Source of the DNA: Phoronis australis
Taxonomy: Eukaryota; Animalia; Phoronida
Assembly: GCA_002633005.1 (NCBI GenBank)
Contig: NMRA01000374.1
Span: 373,955 to 437,954, forward strand
DNA: 64,000 nt
Direction: 5' to 3'
Below, piece after piece: positions 36,098 through 48,546 of this stretch. How positions within the stretch are numbered: the stretch's first letter is position 1; each line of letters begins with the position of its first letter. The notes under the pieces are model-generated. The model saw only the letters and a list, made by a program, of their open reading frames with translations, was not told the origin of the DNA and did no database searches. The translations under genes were made by a program, and so were the position numbers.

Positions 36098-39000
36098 GTG
36101 CTGTTGTACTTCAACTTGGAATCATGAGTGAACTTGGAATGAATTTCTATTCCAAGTTTACGCAAGTGATCTTCAGATTAAGCAAGCACTTGTGCAACTG
36201 TTAACTAAAATTTCGAATGGTGGACATGAATTCGTTTGCCGTGAGTTATTTTCTGTTTTAATTATTTTTATTGCCCATTCTGTATGTATGTTATTCTGGT
36301 CTTGGTAATTGTTTCCAAAGGTGGTTTGACTGGGATGGTTGGGTTTGTGACCGAGGGGCTGAAATGACTGGCAACCTGGGACCTTTGCAATGAAAACTTA
36401 AGGATTAGGATCATGAAGAGCTAAAATACAATGAATGTACCGTACAGAGAGGGGTTTTACATTGAGCAGTTTGTCGTGCCCCGTTGTACCTGCCACCTCA
36501 CCCCCCCCCCCGTGTATACACCAGTGCTTGGAGCTCGCATTTGCTCGTAATTGGTGGGAGTGTTTTCATTTATATCTCACTTATGACATCCCCAATCGCT
36601 GCCACTATGGCCAAAGCAAGGATCTGTAATTCTTTCTTATCTGATTAAGCAAGAAGTTTAGACAACGCTTGTTGAGTAAAAGTGTTATTTTTGGCAAATA
36701 AATTGGAAATACTCATTTCGTTTTTAAACGTGCAATTTAATGAATATTAGCTTTTCATTGGTATGCTGTGTGATGTCATCAGGTCTAAATATTGATGACA
36801 ATATGACAAAAGTTACAGAACACAACTCTCAGAAGTTCTGTTGACTGGTTTTGAATGTTCTCATAGAGATGATTAGACTTTTCTGGCCTACGATAATTTT
36901 GCCTTTCTCTGCTCATGTAAAGAAAGACAAAGGTGGCCAAGTGAAATAATACTGTCCATATCACTTTCTTTGGCACAATAGCTTACAAACCACTGCCCTG
37001 CATTCGCTGTTTAGTGAAAAGCAACCATGTTAGACTGAGTGACTGAGTGAGGTAACATATGCATATGCGTCTTTTGCAGGTTCGTCGACATCTCTAAGTA
37101 CAGTTGACAACATTTAACAACTAGACTGAAACATGGTGGCATACAATAATGTTTGATACAAATGTTTCCATGTGAGTGAGGAACGTACAGAGGTAATGAC
37201 ATATCTAAGTTGTGTTAATATTGGTTTTTCGTTATGCAAGATAGGTGATTTTCAGTTTTTTTATGCAGTTGTCATTGTCCTTGAAGGTTGTCTTCTTTCA
37301 GGAACGTGTTTTTTCCATCAATGCTTTCATTAATATGTTGTATTTAGTTGTCTATAGCATAGGCGGGAGCCCTCCCCCTCCCCCCTTGGCTGCCGCCAGC
37401 AAAATNCTCAGATCCCACTAGTTCGCGGTGGAATCGTGTGCCCGTTTTTTTTTTAGTCTACCAATAAATTTTCTGAACAGAAGGTCCGCATCCTCAGCTC
37501 CCACAACTTTCGGGCCCCCTCTGCATTTACAATCGCGCTTTGCCCAATTCCCTGAGGCAACAAGTTGTGCCCTGTCTGTAGGTCAACAGATTAGCCAAAG
37601 TTGGAGGACCCCATTTCATTGCTGTTACAGCATTTGAAGCTGCTTGTCAATGAATCAACTTAAATGCCGCATATGTCCCTCTCACGTCTATGTAACCTAA
37701 TCTGTCTGATAGATCAGTCAACATTCCTTTTTATTAAATGGCTACAGATGCTTTAATGCTAAGTTTGATGTACTGACATTGTCTGCTTACTTTGTAATCA
37801 GAGTTTGTGATTTTTTAGGTATCTGATTGGTCACATTGCTAGTTGCGTGACATCCTGGTGGCGTAAATGAAAAGTGTTATTCAACAGGGTGGTGGTCAAA
37901 ATTATCAAACTGTGTTCCAGACAATCAGAGGACAGAAGTATCAGTTGTCATGTAATGAAACAGCATGAGTAACCCAAAATTTAATGTCAGGACATAAGAT
38001 TATGTGGCACCTTACTGACAAATATCTACAAACTTTGGAAACACTACTTTAATTCATGAAAGTAGAGAGTCTGTATATAATAACTTTATATATCAATCTG
38101 CCAATAATTGGGTCCCTTGACCATATTTTTAATAAGATTCCGGAAAAAGGAATACATTCATAACAAAACAGTGGAGTCGATAACATGACCAATTTTATTT
38201 TTATATAAATGTTCAAGATGGAATCTGAAAAATGACGATTCTGTTTTTTTAATAACCCTTTTCGTTTTAATCAATGTTTGAGTTTTTCATGAAATTACTG
38301 AAAGTCCCTGCTTTAGCTAGCCCTCACATGCCAAAGTAGATCACTCAAAAGACAATCTCTAAAAGCCTGATGGGCAACAGTGCATAAAGTACAAGATCTG
38401 AAAGTTTTTATTGGAATCTTATCAGCCATTTGCAAGATATGTTTTCCGCTTTACCAAGTTTAGACATTTGTCTAGGATTTCCCATAACCTTAACCTGATG
38501 CTTGAACACTTTTCTTTTACTGCGCAGTAAGTGATATCGTATAACTGTTAGTCTTCACATACGCCATATGTTGATCACATCAGGTGTTGGCTAACGGGTT
38601 AGAAGAAAGTCCTGGGTTCAAACCTTGGTGGGGACAGAGAGCATTTTAGATGTAACTAGGTATCACCTGATGCCAGCAAATTGACAGACTTCAACAGACG
38701 TCTCCAAAACTGCCAAATTTTGATAAACTTATTTCCATAATAATTTGTCAGTTTACGTAGTCGAACTTTTGTCAGAGTTGAATTTCGACATTGTGTCTAG
38801 TCCTTAATTTTTTGTTTGTGACTGGTCTTGCGCAATAAGATGTTTTTTTTTAGATTTAGCTAGAATTGGATTGGATTCTATTGGAAACGAAACAAATATT
38901 TTATTAGCCTTGTCAAATTACGATTTTGTTTTGTTTAGTTTGAAAAATACTGTATTCCAGCCGTTGTACCTTTAGAGAGTTTGTTTTATGTTGTATTATA

Positions 39001-39729
39001 ATTTGGTGGTATGCTGGAAAAAATAAAAACTTAAGAAAGTAATAGAAAATGCATTTACTTTGTATTGCAATCATTAAGAGAAGGTTTGGTTCAAATCGCG
39101 ATTTTTTTAGAGAAGAAATTGAATTATTCCAAGTTTAAGCAACCAGTGTGGCTTGCTTAAACTCGGAATTCGGTAGAAAGAAATGTGAATGCGCTCAGAA
39201 GTGCTCTAAAGGTAGTAGAAAAAAACATTTAAAATGTATTGCAGCCAGTTAGAGAATGTTTAATTCATCCCTTGCCCAAACGTCAACCAGGCACTAATTT
39301 CAAACATCCAACTTTATTTTTATGTTGGAATAGGCAGCGACACAGGAATAATACGACTCAAATGACCACCGTAGCCGTAGGGCTGGTGAATGTACGGTGC
39401 ATTACTGAGGGACATGTAATCACAATACAGTCCTTAAAATGATTTTTTATTCCAGTCCCTCGGTACTAACCACTATTCATTACCAGAACACGGAAAGCTT
39501 TATCTCGATTTTTTTTAGACATCTTTTCTCTCCGTAGCCTACCGGTTCAGTAACGATTTCAGCCCAAGCGCCTTGTTCTGTGATTGTGCGCCAGGCAGTC
39601 GCTTAATTCTAACTTAGAAGTTCATGTACGGGATTTGGCAGCTTGCTTAATCTCTAGATGACTCACACAACACTCACTAACGCTTATTCTTGAGATTAAG
39701 CAGGATTCCAAGTTAAAGTACAACACCGC
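36098..39729. mobile_element. Putative decayed TIR DNA transposon (~3.6 kb, PIF/Harbinger-like by inference)
   Basis: TGTTGTACTTCAACTTGGAATC (36102-36123) is inverted to GATTCCAAGTTAAAGTACAACA (39704-39725). AGATTAAGCAAG and TTCCAAGTT subterminal motifs recur. No intact ORF. Confidence 0.5.
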
Positions 39730-39771
39730 TGTTATGCTTCTTAAATCGGACACACAGAGGCGCGCACAACG

Positions 39772-39828
39772 CGGAAGTTATTTCAGTGTGCAGGAGGCGG
39801 GAGGCGTTGTCAGTCAAGCCAGGTAAGA
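39772..39828 (+). promoter_or_regulatory. Candidate promoter / non-coding first exon (possibly of the serpin)
   Basis: CpG-richer patch with ETS-type CGGAAGT (39772-39778), GC-box-like GAGGCGGG and a strong donor CAG|GTAAGA after 39822. The link to the serpin is inference only. Confidence 0.3.
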
Positions 39829-40860
39829 AATTTCTTATTTTTTCTGTGTCTCTATTTTGTCTATGGTGTTCCTCTGCTTTGGGATGCCATCCACTCATAT
39901 CGTGCCACTGAAAATTGTGATTTCGGACATTCCTCCGCCAAGGTCCTAGAAGCCATGCGGAAAGGGGCAATCACACAGCTAGCTGGCTGGCTAGCCGGCT
40001 GTGGCGTACCAGTCTCTCAATAATATTTAATGAGTGGCGAGGTATATGACATATCTAATTCTTACGTGTTTCTATTTATGTTACCAGTCGTTCTTTTCGT
40101 CGATTCACGCCGTTATGACTGCTTTCAAATCCTGTCAGTGTAAAGTCTCAAATGAACTCGCTTATTAGACAATGACTATAGTGGCTCCGCACCGTGAGTT
40201 CACATTGCATGCTTGAGACAGTTAGTTCATTCCTGTCAGACCGGCTCACTATATATGTCGCTAGTATAAAAAGTTAATGTGATTGTGGGTCGCGTTTGCC
40301 TTCGCCTCTGAAATCGAGGCACCGGTCGCGTGACGCCGCGTTATCATATTTGTTTTAGGCCTATCATCGATCACTGTAAGAGCCAGTTCACAAGTACGAC
40401 ATACAGTGACCACAGATGCTTATAAAACGAAATCCGAAATATGGGGTTAGTGAAAAATCGTGTGACATGACTGTCGTACACCGAGGTGCACTTGGCCGCG
40501 GGTCAGACTATCACCCAGACCCGGGTGTGCCTTAAGTGTAATAGTGAGTTACGTTTGATGTGTCAGTCCTCGGAAAACCAATAGTTGTCTGTCTACACAA
40601 ATTGGCTTATTGTCGTAATAACGGAATGAATTCCTCTCAAAACTGTTAATAGTGTGATTTACTGTGACGAGGATCATTACGGCGTTTTCCCGTTAATCCC
40701 AACTTGTTTGATTCTATAGCCCAACAACAAATTGGGAATTAGATGACCGCTGTAGCCAGTATCTTACACTACTGATTAACTTCATTATGGCATTGATGGT
40801 TGGAGGGCCAGCTCTCTTGTTCGATAATTGCTCCAATCTTCCAATAGAATTTATCTAGCC

Positions 40861-43165
40861 TGACGGCGTGACAATAATGGACTCTGCGCGTGCGTATTAC
40901 TGGGATTGTTATGGGAAGCTATTGACAGTAACCCGTTTACCAATATGAGAAGGAATTCTTTAAAATTGTAGGAGAAATTACATGTTAATATTTTGATGAC
41001 CTTTCCACTAACTGACCTCTTACCGGCGGTGCATTATGAGCCCCGATGAGGGGAAAATTCTAAACTCAATTAAAAGTGTGGTTAATGCTAAGAATCACTG
41101 AATGATGTTTTACTTTAAGCACTTCAGAATAGAATATGAATGAATTGGTCAAACTTTCACAAGAAAATGCAACTAATGACCCCATGGGTGCACCAAATGG
41201 CCTGAAAATTTAGAATTCAAACTCAATCGCAGATATGTAATTTTGAAGTCTCTAGCTCAAAATTTTAGTTTGCACTCAATGACCTTCGACCTATATATTT
41301 TTCTGATTGGTTTAGCCTATTGCGTAGTAAAGTAGGGTGTTCAATTGGCATGTTGACTTACCCCAAGGTGCTGAAATTGAAAAGAATTCCTTGAAAAACG
41401 TGAGATATAACATTTTGAACATTAGATAACCTTTGCACTAAATGACCCTATCCGGTGCATTATAAGCGTCTTTAGGAGAATTATTGCAAAGCCCATGAAA
41501 AACAATTTTAATGCTGAGAATCACAGTTGTCTAACGGTTGACACATCAGAATACTTGGTGAATGAAAAGGTCAAATTTTCAGAAGATAAATGCACCTAGT
41601 GACTCCATGTTTGCATTAAATGACCTGAAAGTTTGGATTCCGGGCTGAATTACCTGTGCCAATCAGACATATGAATTTGAAGTGTCTAGCTCAAAATTTT
41701 AGTTTGCACTCAATGACCTTTGACCTATTTTCTCTGCTTGGGTGGCCCTATTGCTTAGTAAAGTAGAGCATTTCATTGGCATGTAGGTTTACACCAATGT
41801 GCTGGAATTGAAGAGAATTCCTTGAAAAATATAGGAAAAGTAACCTTTTCAATAGTAGGTGACCTTTGCACTTTTTGACCCTATCCATTGCATTATAAGC
41901 CCTTTTAGTAGAACTAACTGCAAAGTCCGTGAAAAGTATATTGCTGAGAATCAGAGTTGTCTAATGGTTGACACATCATAATATTTGGTGACTGAAAATG
42001 ACAAATTTTCTAAAGAAAAATACACCTAATGACCCCATGGTTGCACTAAATGACCTGAAACTTTGGATTTCCAATTGTATTATCTGTGCCAATCAGACTT
42101 GTGAATTTGAAGTGTCTAGCTCAAAATTTTAGTTTGCACCTAATGACCTTTGACCTGTTTTATCTGATTGGATGATTTGATTACTTAGAAAAGTAATTTT
42201 TTAATTTTCATGTTGACTTATACCTGTACACCGAATTTGAAAAAGGTAACTTTAAAACTGAAGGAGGAGTAGCATTTTGAACATTATATGACCTTTGCAC
42301 CAAACGACCCCTTCCGGTGCAATATGGAATATGATTATATAAGGAATCAAAGTTTATGTACTGTCAAAAATCATATGCTGAATTTAAAGAACGTAGCTGC
42401 ACTCAATTTGGAGTTATTAAGCCTCAAAGTTGGTCGGAAGAAGAATAAGAAGAATAAGAACTAGAAAGATTATTGTCACGGCGTGACAATAACAGACTGC
42501 GCGTGCGTATTACTGGAATTATTATGGGAAGTTACTGACAGCAACCCGTTTACCAATATGAAAAGGAATTCTTTAAAATTGTAGGGGAAATTACATATTA
42601 ATTTTTTGATGATCTTTCCACTAATTGACCTCTTCCGGTGCATTATGAGCCCCGATGAGGGAGTAATTGTTAACTCGAATAAAAGTGTGGTTAATGCTAA
42701 TAATCACAGATGTTTTACTTTAAGCACTGATCATTTTTTACCAATCAAAATTTATATACTGTCAAAAGTTATATGCTGAATTTAAAGACCGTATCTGCAC
42801 CCAATTTGGAGTTATTAAGCCTCAAAGTGGGTCGGAAGAAGAATAAGAAGAAGAATAAGAAGAATAACAAAAAGAATAAGAATCAGAATAAAATTGAAGA
42901 AAACTCAGGAATAACAGTACTCTGCGCTTACACGCGCAGAGTAATAAGAAGAATAAGAATAAGAATAAAATTGAAGAAAACCCAGGAACAACAGTACTCT
43001 GCGCTTACACGCGCAGAGTAATAAGAAGAATAAGAATAAGAATAAAATTGAAGAAAACCCAGGAACAACAGTACTCTGGGCTTGCACGCGCAGATTAATA
43101 AGAAGAATAAAATTGAAGAAAACCCAGGAACAACAGTACTCTGCGCTTACACGCGCAGAGTAATC
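40861..43165 (+). mobile_element. Helentron-associated (HINE/DINE-like) non-autonomous elements, two head-to-tail copies
   Basis: Head AACTAGAAAGAT-TATTGTCACGGCGTGACAATA (palindrome), ~430-bp internal tandem units rich in TGACC, GAAGAATAA microsatellite, and four terminal hairpins TACTCTGCGC-TTACAC-GCGCAGAGTA at 42917-43162. Confidence 0.75.
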
Positions 43166-44393
43166 AGACTTTACCGAGTAGGCCAATTCTGAGTAGGTAA
43201 CACAACAGAACACAATCGTTAGCTCCATCACGGCACGAGGTATAAAGCACATTGGGTGGCCAAGTATTCACTCCACAAACTGTCTGACTTTATGTTGACA
43301 CTGACTCAGCTGTTCGTCTATCGAATGACTGAGCGCCTGCGCGCATTTATCATTAGCGAGAGGGAGATTGTCAGGTTTAGGTGGTTACCATACAAGCTTT
43401 TCTTCGTACTTCTTTCAAAAATCATGAATTGGGGGATATTTCTGGAAATTCCTTCTCAGTGTAAGTGAATAACTCTGACGTAAAGGTTGCAAGAAGGTAC
43501 TTTCATTAGGGATCGTTTAAAACGTATGTTTCATGAGTTTTCGCGGTCCATACCACTTTAAGACTTGATCAGACTTAGCTTTATACTGTTAAACATGTCA
43601 AAGTTGCACGTTATAGGTGAATGATGCCGCGGTGTGCATTTACGACGTTGTTTTAGAACCAAAATTGGGTATTTTCAATTTTCAGTTTTACAACGACAAC
43701 AAGATCAAACGTAGCAGGGGCGGATCCAGGATTTTTAAAGGGAGTAGGGTCGGATCAAGGATCCGCCTATGTGTAGACCAGTGCGTGTTGCAGGGTGTCC
43801 TTCGGGTTCCTCAGAATACTACTGGTCGAACAGTGCGTCATCGTCGTAAGCGCTACGGGTTTGACTGAAGACGGTATCTTCTGATTCTTTTGACTGTGTT
43901 CCACCTGCATTGGTCGCCTATTTCCATTGGTCCCCGATTTAATGTTGCCAAACCTATAGGGTCCTGCCCCCTCTTCGGCCGCAAAAAATAAACACTAAAA
44001 TGACACGGACATAAATTTGGACATTTGTTATATTGTGGCTAATCGTGAGCATGTACTTTTATTTGTGTACGTGTGTTGAGCGCAGATGCAGACATTACTT
44101 TTTTCTTCATGAGAAAAACTTTTAGACCTTTTTCGCAAATGTCTGCACTGATTCTACTACTGTGAACCATTGTATACCCACATGACCAAGGTTTCCTTGA
44201 AGCATTTCAGTAATTGCTTTCTTGGGTTAATCAAGATCAACACATTAGGGTGGCTTAGTACTTTAAACCTGGTCTTGCTACATCTGCTTCGTGGGTTAAC
44301 AAAACCAGCTTTCAGCCACGTTGGTGAAACGCAAGTTAGGTGAAAAATTACACAGGTTTAGGATGACCAGTTTTAAGTTTTAAACCTGGTTTT

Positions 44394-44601
44394 ATGAAAT
44401 GGGCTTCAAGTGTCGACACAGCAGTCAGGTTACATCCATGCAGTGAAATGGGCTTCAAGTGTCGATCGACACAGCAGTCAGGTTACATCCATGTAGTGAA
44501 ATGGGCTTCAAGTGTCGACACAGCAGTCAGGTTACATCCATGTAGTGAAATGGGCTTCAAGTGTCGACACAGCAGTCAGGTTACATCCATGTAGTGAAAT
44601 G
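44394..44601 (+). repeat. 49-bp minisatellite, 4 copies
   Basis: Unit GTGAAATGGGCTTCAAGTGTCGACACAGCAGTCAGGTTACATCCATGTA. Confidence 0.95.
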
Positions 44602-44903
44602 AGTGTAGCAAGAAATTCATTTCCATAGCTGCAGGGTCACTGAGCTCTGCATGTTATTCAGAGAACCACAAACATGCTGGTCCTGAATAGCCAGTGGCTT
44701 TTTAATGTACAGTAATTCTTACATAGGTTCTTTACAGATAATATTGACTGAATTTGCTTGATGATTGTTGCTAACACAATGCCTGTAGACCTTGGTTTTG
44801 TCTGAGTTATGATGTTCTTTCAGTCTGTCACAGAGGCGTCTCTGTGCGAGTCCAATATAGAATTCCTTAATAATTGTTGTATCTATTTCAGAAATATTGC
44901 AAC

Positions 44904-46046
44904 ATGGAAAGTGAATGTCTGCCTGGTGAATTTGTGAAAGCCAACACTGAGTTTGCTATTGACTTACTCAAAGTCCTCGAGAAGTCTGACGGATGCGAAA
45001 ATGTGTTCTTTTCACCATTCAGCATTTCTACCGCTCTAGCAATGGTATACTGTGGAACCAAGGCAGGCACTGCCGAGGAACTAGTCACAACTTTACACTT
45101 TGACAAAATTAAGGACCGTATCGGCGAGTTTTTCTATGCATTGTCGTCTACTGTGCAGAGATCAAGCATGAGTTCCGCCATGTTGTCGGCAAACCAACTC
45201 TTTATACAAGACACCCATCCAATTTTGCCAAAGTTCTTAAATGCGATGGCAAAGTATTTTTCTGCTGAACCCATGTCTTGTAACTTTGCTGAAAAGTCTG
45301 AGGAAGTCAGACAGCAAGTAAACAGTTGGGTGGCAGAGAAGACCAAGAATAAGATCAAAGATCTTTTACCTCCCGGTTCAGTGAATGCATTAACAAGACT
45401 AGTTCTGGTTAATGCCGTGTATTTCAAAGGCAAGTGGGCTTCGAAATTCAAGACTTCTGAAACTTTTTTACAAAAGTTTCACATAACTGCAACAGAGAGC
45501 ACTGATGTTCAGATGATGAAACAAGAAGACAAATTTCTATACGGGGAAAATGAGCGCATGGGTTGTAAATTTGTGGTTCTGCCGTACGAGAGTGCCGCCA
45601 GCATGTTAATTATTCTACCTATGCAAGACTATACGTTGGATGTGGTTGAAAAACGTTTGACTGCTCAGCGTTTAGAAGCACTCTCGATGGAAGGCAGCAA
45701 GACCAAGGTCCGCATATTCCTGCCTCGTTTTAGAATCAAGAATCACGTGGATCTCGTTCCTGTCTTTAAGACGATTGGTCTAATAAACTTGTTTGATGAA
45801 AGTAAGTGCGATTTATCTGGTGTTGACGGCACTACGTCGTTGTATGTGTCTAAAGTTTTTCATCAAGCTTTCGTTGATGTAAACGAAGAGGGCGCTGAAG
45901 CAGCAGCTGCCACAGGAGTTGTCATGAAATTGCGGTGTATGCCACTCCCACCTGTTGAGTTCAATGTAAACCAACCTTTCCTTGTCCTGATCCGTCATAC
46001 AGAGACAAATGCCATTCTCTTCATGGGGAAGATTACGAAACCATGA
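44904..46046 (+). CDS. Serpin (intracellular, leukocyte-elastase-inhibitor/serpin B-like), 380 aa, single coding exon
   Basis: Motifs NVFFSPFSISTALAM, VNSWVAEKTKNKIKDLL, LVLVNAVYFKGKW, hinge EEGAEAAAAT, FNVNQPFL..FMGKI. Splice acceptor tttcag| at 44891 lies just upstream of the AACATGG start. No signal peptide evident. Confidence 0.97.
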   Translation: MESECLPGEFVKANTEFAIDLLKVLEKSDGCENVFFSPFSISTALAMVYCGTKAGTAEELVTTLHFDKIKDRIGEFFYALSSTVQRSSMSSAMLSANQLFIQDTHPILPKFLNAMAKYFSAEPMSCNFAEKSEEVRQQVNSWVAEKTKNKIKDLLPPGSVNALTRLVLVNAVYFKGKWASKFKTSETFLQKFHITATESTDVQMMKQEDKFLYGENERMGCKFVVLPYESAASMLIILPMQDYTLDVVEKRLTAQRLEALSMEGSKTKVRIFLPRFRIKNHVDLVPVFKTIGLINLFDESKCDLSGVDGTTSLYVSKVFHQAFVDVNEEGAEAAAATGVVMKLRCMPLPPVEFNVNQPFLVLIRHTETNAILFMGKITKP

Positions 46047-48546
46047 ACAGGATAATCATTGATTCGACCATCTCGATGTCATCATGTTGGGAATCGTACT
46101 CTACCAATTCAGCTGCGTTTGTAGTATTAATTCCTGACAATTCTTGTGCATTTTAACTCGAAGAATAATAAGTGGATGCTAGCGATCAGCAATTGTGATG
46201 GTCGACGTGTATTGTGATTAGTGCGGCCACGTGCTCACGAAGAATGAAGTCAACTAATCAGTGTAACCTTTGAAAACTAACTGTTACTCATTGTACTGCA
46301 AGGCTGTGAGTGAAGTTAGTAAGAAATGGGTGGTGCATCAACAACAGTAAAGTAGTAGCATGTGACGTCACTTGGTCCTCAGCACCGTCTGGACTACAGC
46401 CGTGACGTTGTGTTCTTTGGCGGTTGAGTAATAGTACTGCAGTTGTTCATCATAATGGCCTGGACTGTATATACAGCAAAAATGAATGTTACTATAATTG
46501 GTCATTAAGTGGTGCTTTTCAGTTCTAGTCAACAGAAAGTCGAGTCGTACGCCCAATTGACAAAATTTGGAGTCCAAATTTTCTCCACCGTGACATGACT
46601 TCAGTTATGAATAACAACTGTCTGGACTAGCCATGCTATGCTTCGAGCATTTACCATTAAGTAGGACAAGTGCTTACATTATTCCCTTATCAACTGCTCC
46701 AAATTTGAGACCTGCAGTATAAGGTTAGATAGATATTTGTTCTCGCAGGCTGCAAATTCAACAAAAGTAACGTTAGTTTTTGAAATCTGAAACTCAAGCT
46801 ACTCAGATTATGACAAAGTAATTTGAATTCAATTTTGGAAAAAGCATAGTTAGCATAATTATTAGTTTCAACTTTAGATGTAACATGATTTAATTACAGA
46901 AAATTTGATGTAAGGTCAAACGCTTCCCTCATGGATGAGGGCTTTAATGTTTTGTCAATAAAAATGTGGGCATTGTTTACCTGTAGGTCTATCTTAACGT
47001 GTTAATCATTCCTGTTATACCAGACTCGCTCCATACACTATGCGGTCTATACAGTATTCGGTCTGTAATGTATTCGGAATACGATTGGGCGGTCACGGAT
47101 AGAAATTATGTTTCAGCATTTATTAAATATACGACAGAGTATTTTGTTAATTATTTCTGCACATACTTTTACGACCAGTATGGGTATCGAAATTCCCTGN
47201 GGACTGTATATACAGCAAAAATGAATGTTACTATAATTGGTCATTAAGTGGTGCTTTTCAGTTCTAGTCAAGAGAAAGTCGAGTCGTAAGCCCAATTGAC
47301 AAAATTTGGAGTCCAAATTTTCTCCACCGTGACATGACTTCAGTTATGAATAACAACTGTCTGGACTAGCCATGCTGTGCTTCGAGCATTTACCATTAAG
47401 TAGGACAAGTGCTTACATTATTCCCTTATCAACTGCTCCAAATTTGAGACCTGCAGTATAAGGTTAGATAGATATTTGTTCACGCAGGCTGCAAATTCAA
47501 CAAAAGTAACGTTAGTTTTTGAAATCTGAAACTCAAGCTACTCAGATTATGACAGTAATTTGAATTCAATTTTGGAAAAAGCTTAGTTAGCATAATTATT
47601 AGTTTCAACTTTAGATGTAACATGATTTAATTACAGAAAATTTGATGTAAGGTCAAACGCTTCCCTCATAGATGAGGGCTTTAATGTTTTGTCAATAAAA
47701 ATGTGGGCATTGTTTACCTGTAGGTCTATCTTAACGTGTTAATCATTCCTGTTATACCAGACTCGCTCCATACACTATGCGGTCTATACAGTATTCGGTC
47801 TGTAATGTATTCGGAATACGATTGGGCGGTCACGGATAGAAATTATGTTTCAGCATTTATTAAATATACGACAGAGTATTTTGTTAATTATTTCTGCACA
47901 TACTTTTACGACCAGTATGGGTATCGAAATTCCCTGCTGCAGCTTTATTGGGTGCACGGTGACAACGCTGTATGTAAACTGATGTATTTCCGTGTACCCG
48001 ACGCAATACACTTGCAAAAATACAAGATCACGCCCGACTTCGCGAGAAATCGTCATGCGTTACAAGCAAAAAAAGTGATCACATTAGATTTACTCGTGAG
48101 ATTCTTTCGTTAACGGAACTCAGCACTGTTGTCTGTCTACCACTTGAAGAACTGTTTAGTTGGAGAGTGTAATTTCCAGTTAGTATTTCAATTTACTACG
48201 GTCACCAATTCTATTTTTTATTGCTTGTCATTCATATGTTTATTTTATGTTTTGTGGCTGTGCACAAAAGTAAATCGTATTATCTGACTAACTGCATTAT
48301 GCCAAGATAATAACATACAGGTGTATTAGCGTTGTTTCAGTCAGAGCGGTTATAATTATAATGCCTGTGAAGTTATTGTGTCATTCTGTGAAAAGTTTGC
48401 ATTATACGAGGTTGTTTTGTGAAATTGATACCTGAGTTGTTTGTAGTTAGCGTAACCTGGAATTGGGAACATATTTATCAGAATTTTATTTATACTGGAA
48501 TGATAAGCGTGGATCAATAATAGATTTTTACTCGTTGACTGTTGAG

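Noticed and set aside
44874-44903. Upstream TTG start of the serpin ORF given in the ORF track
   Set aside because: It overlaps an intron acceptor; the ATG at 44904 is the plausible start.
46461-47937. Near-identical ~740-bp tandem duplication
   Set aside because: The copies are joined by a single N (47200), the signature of unmerged overlapping contig ends or haplotypes; likely an assembly artefact.
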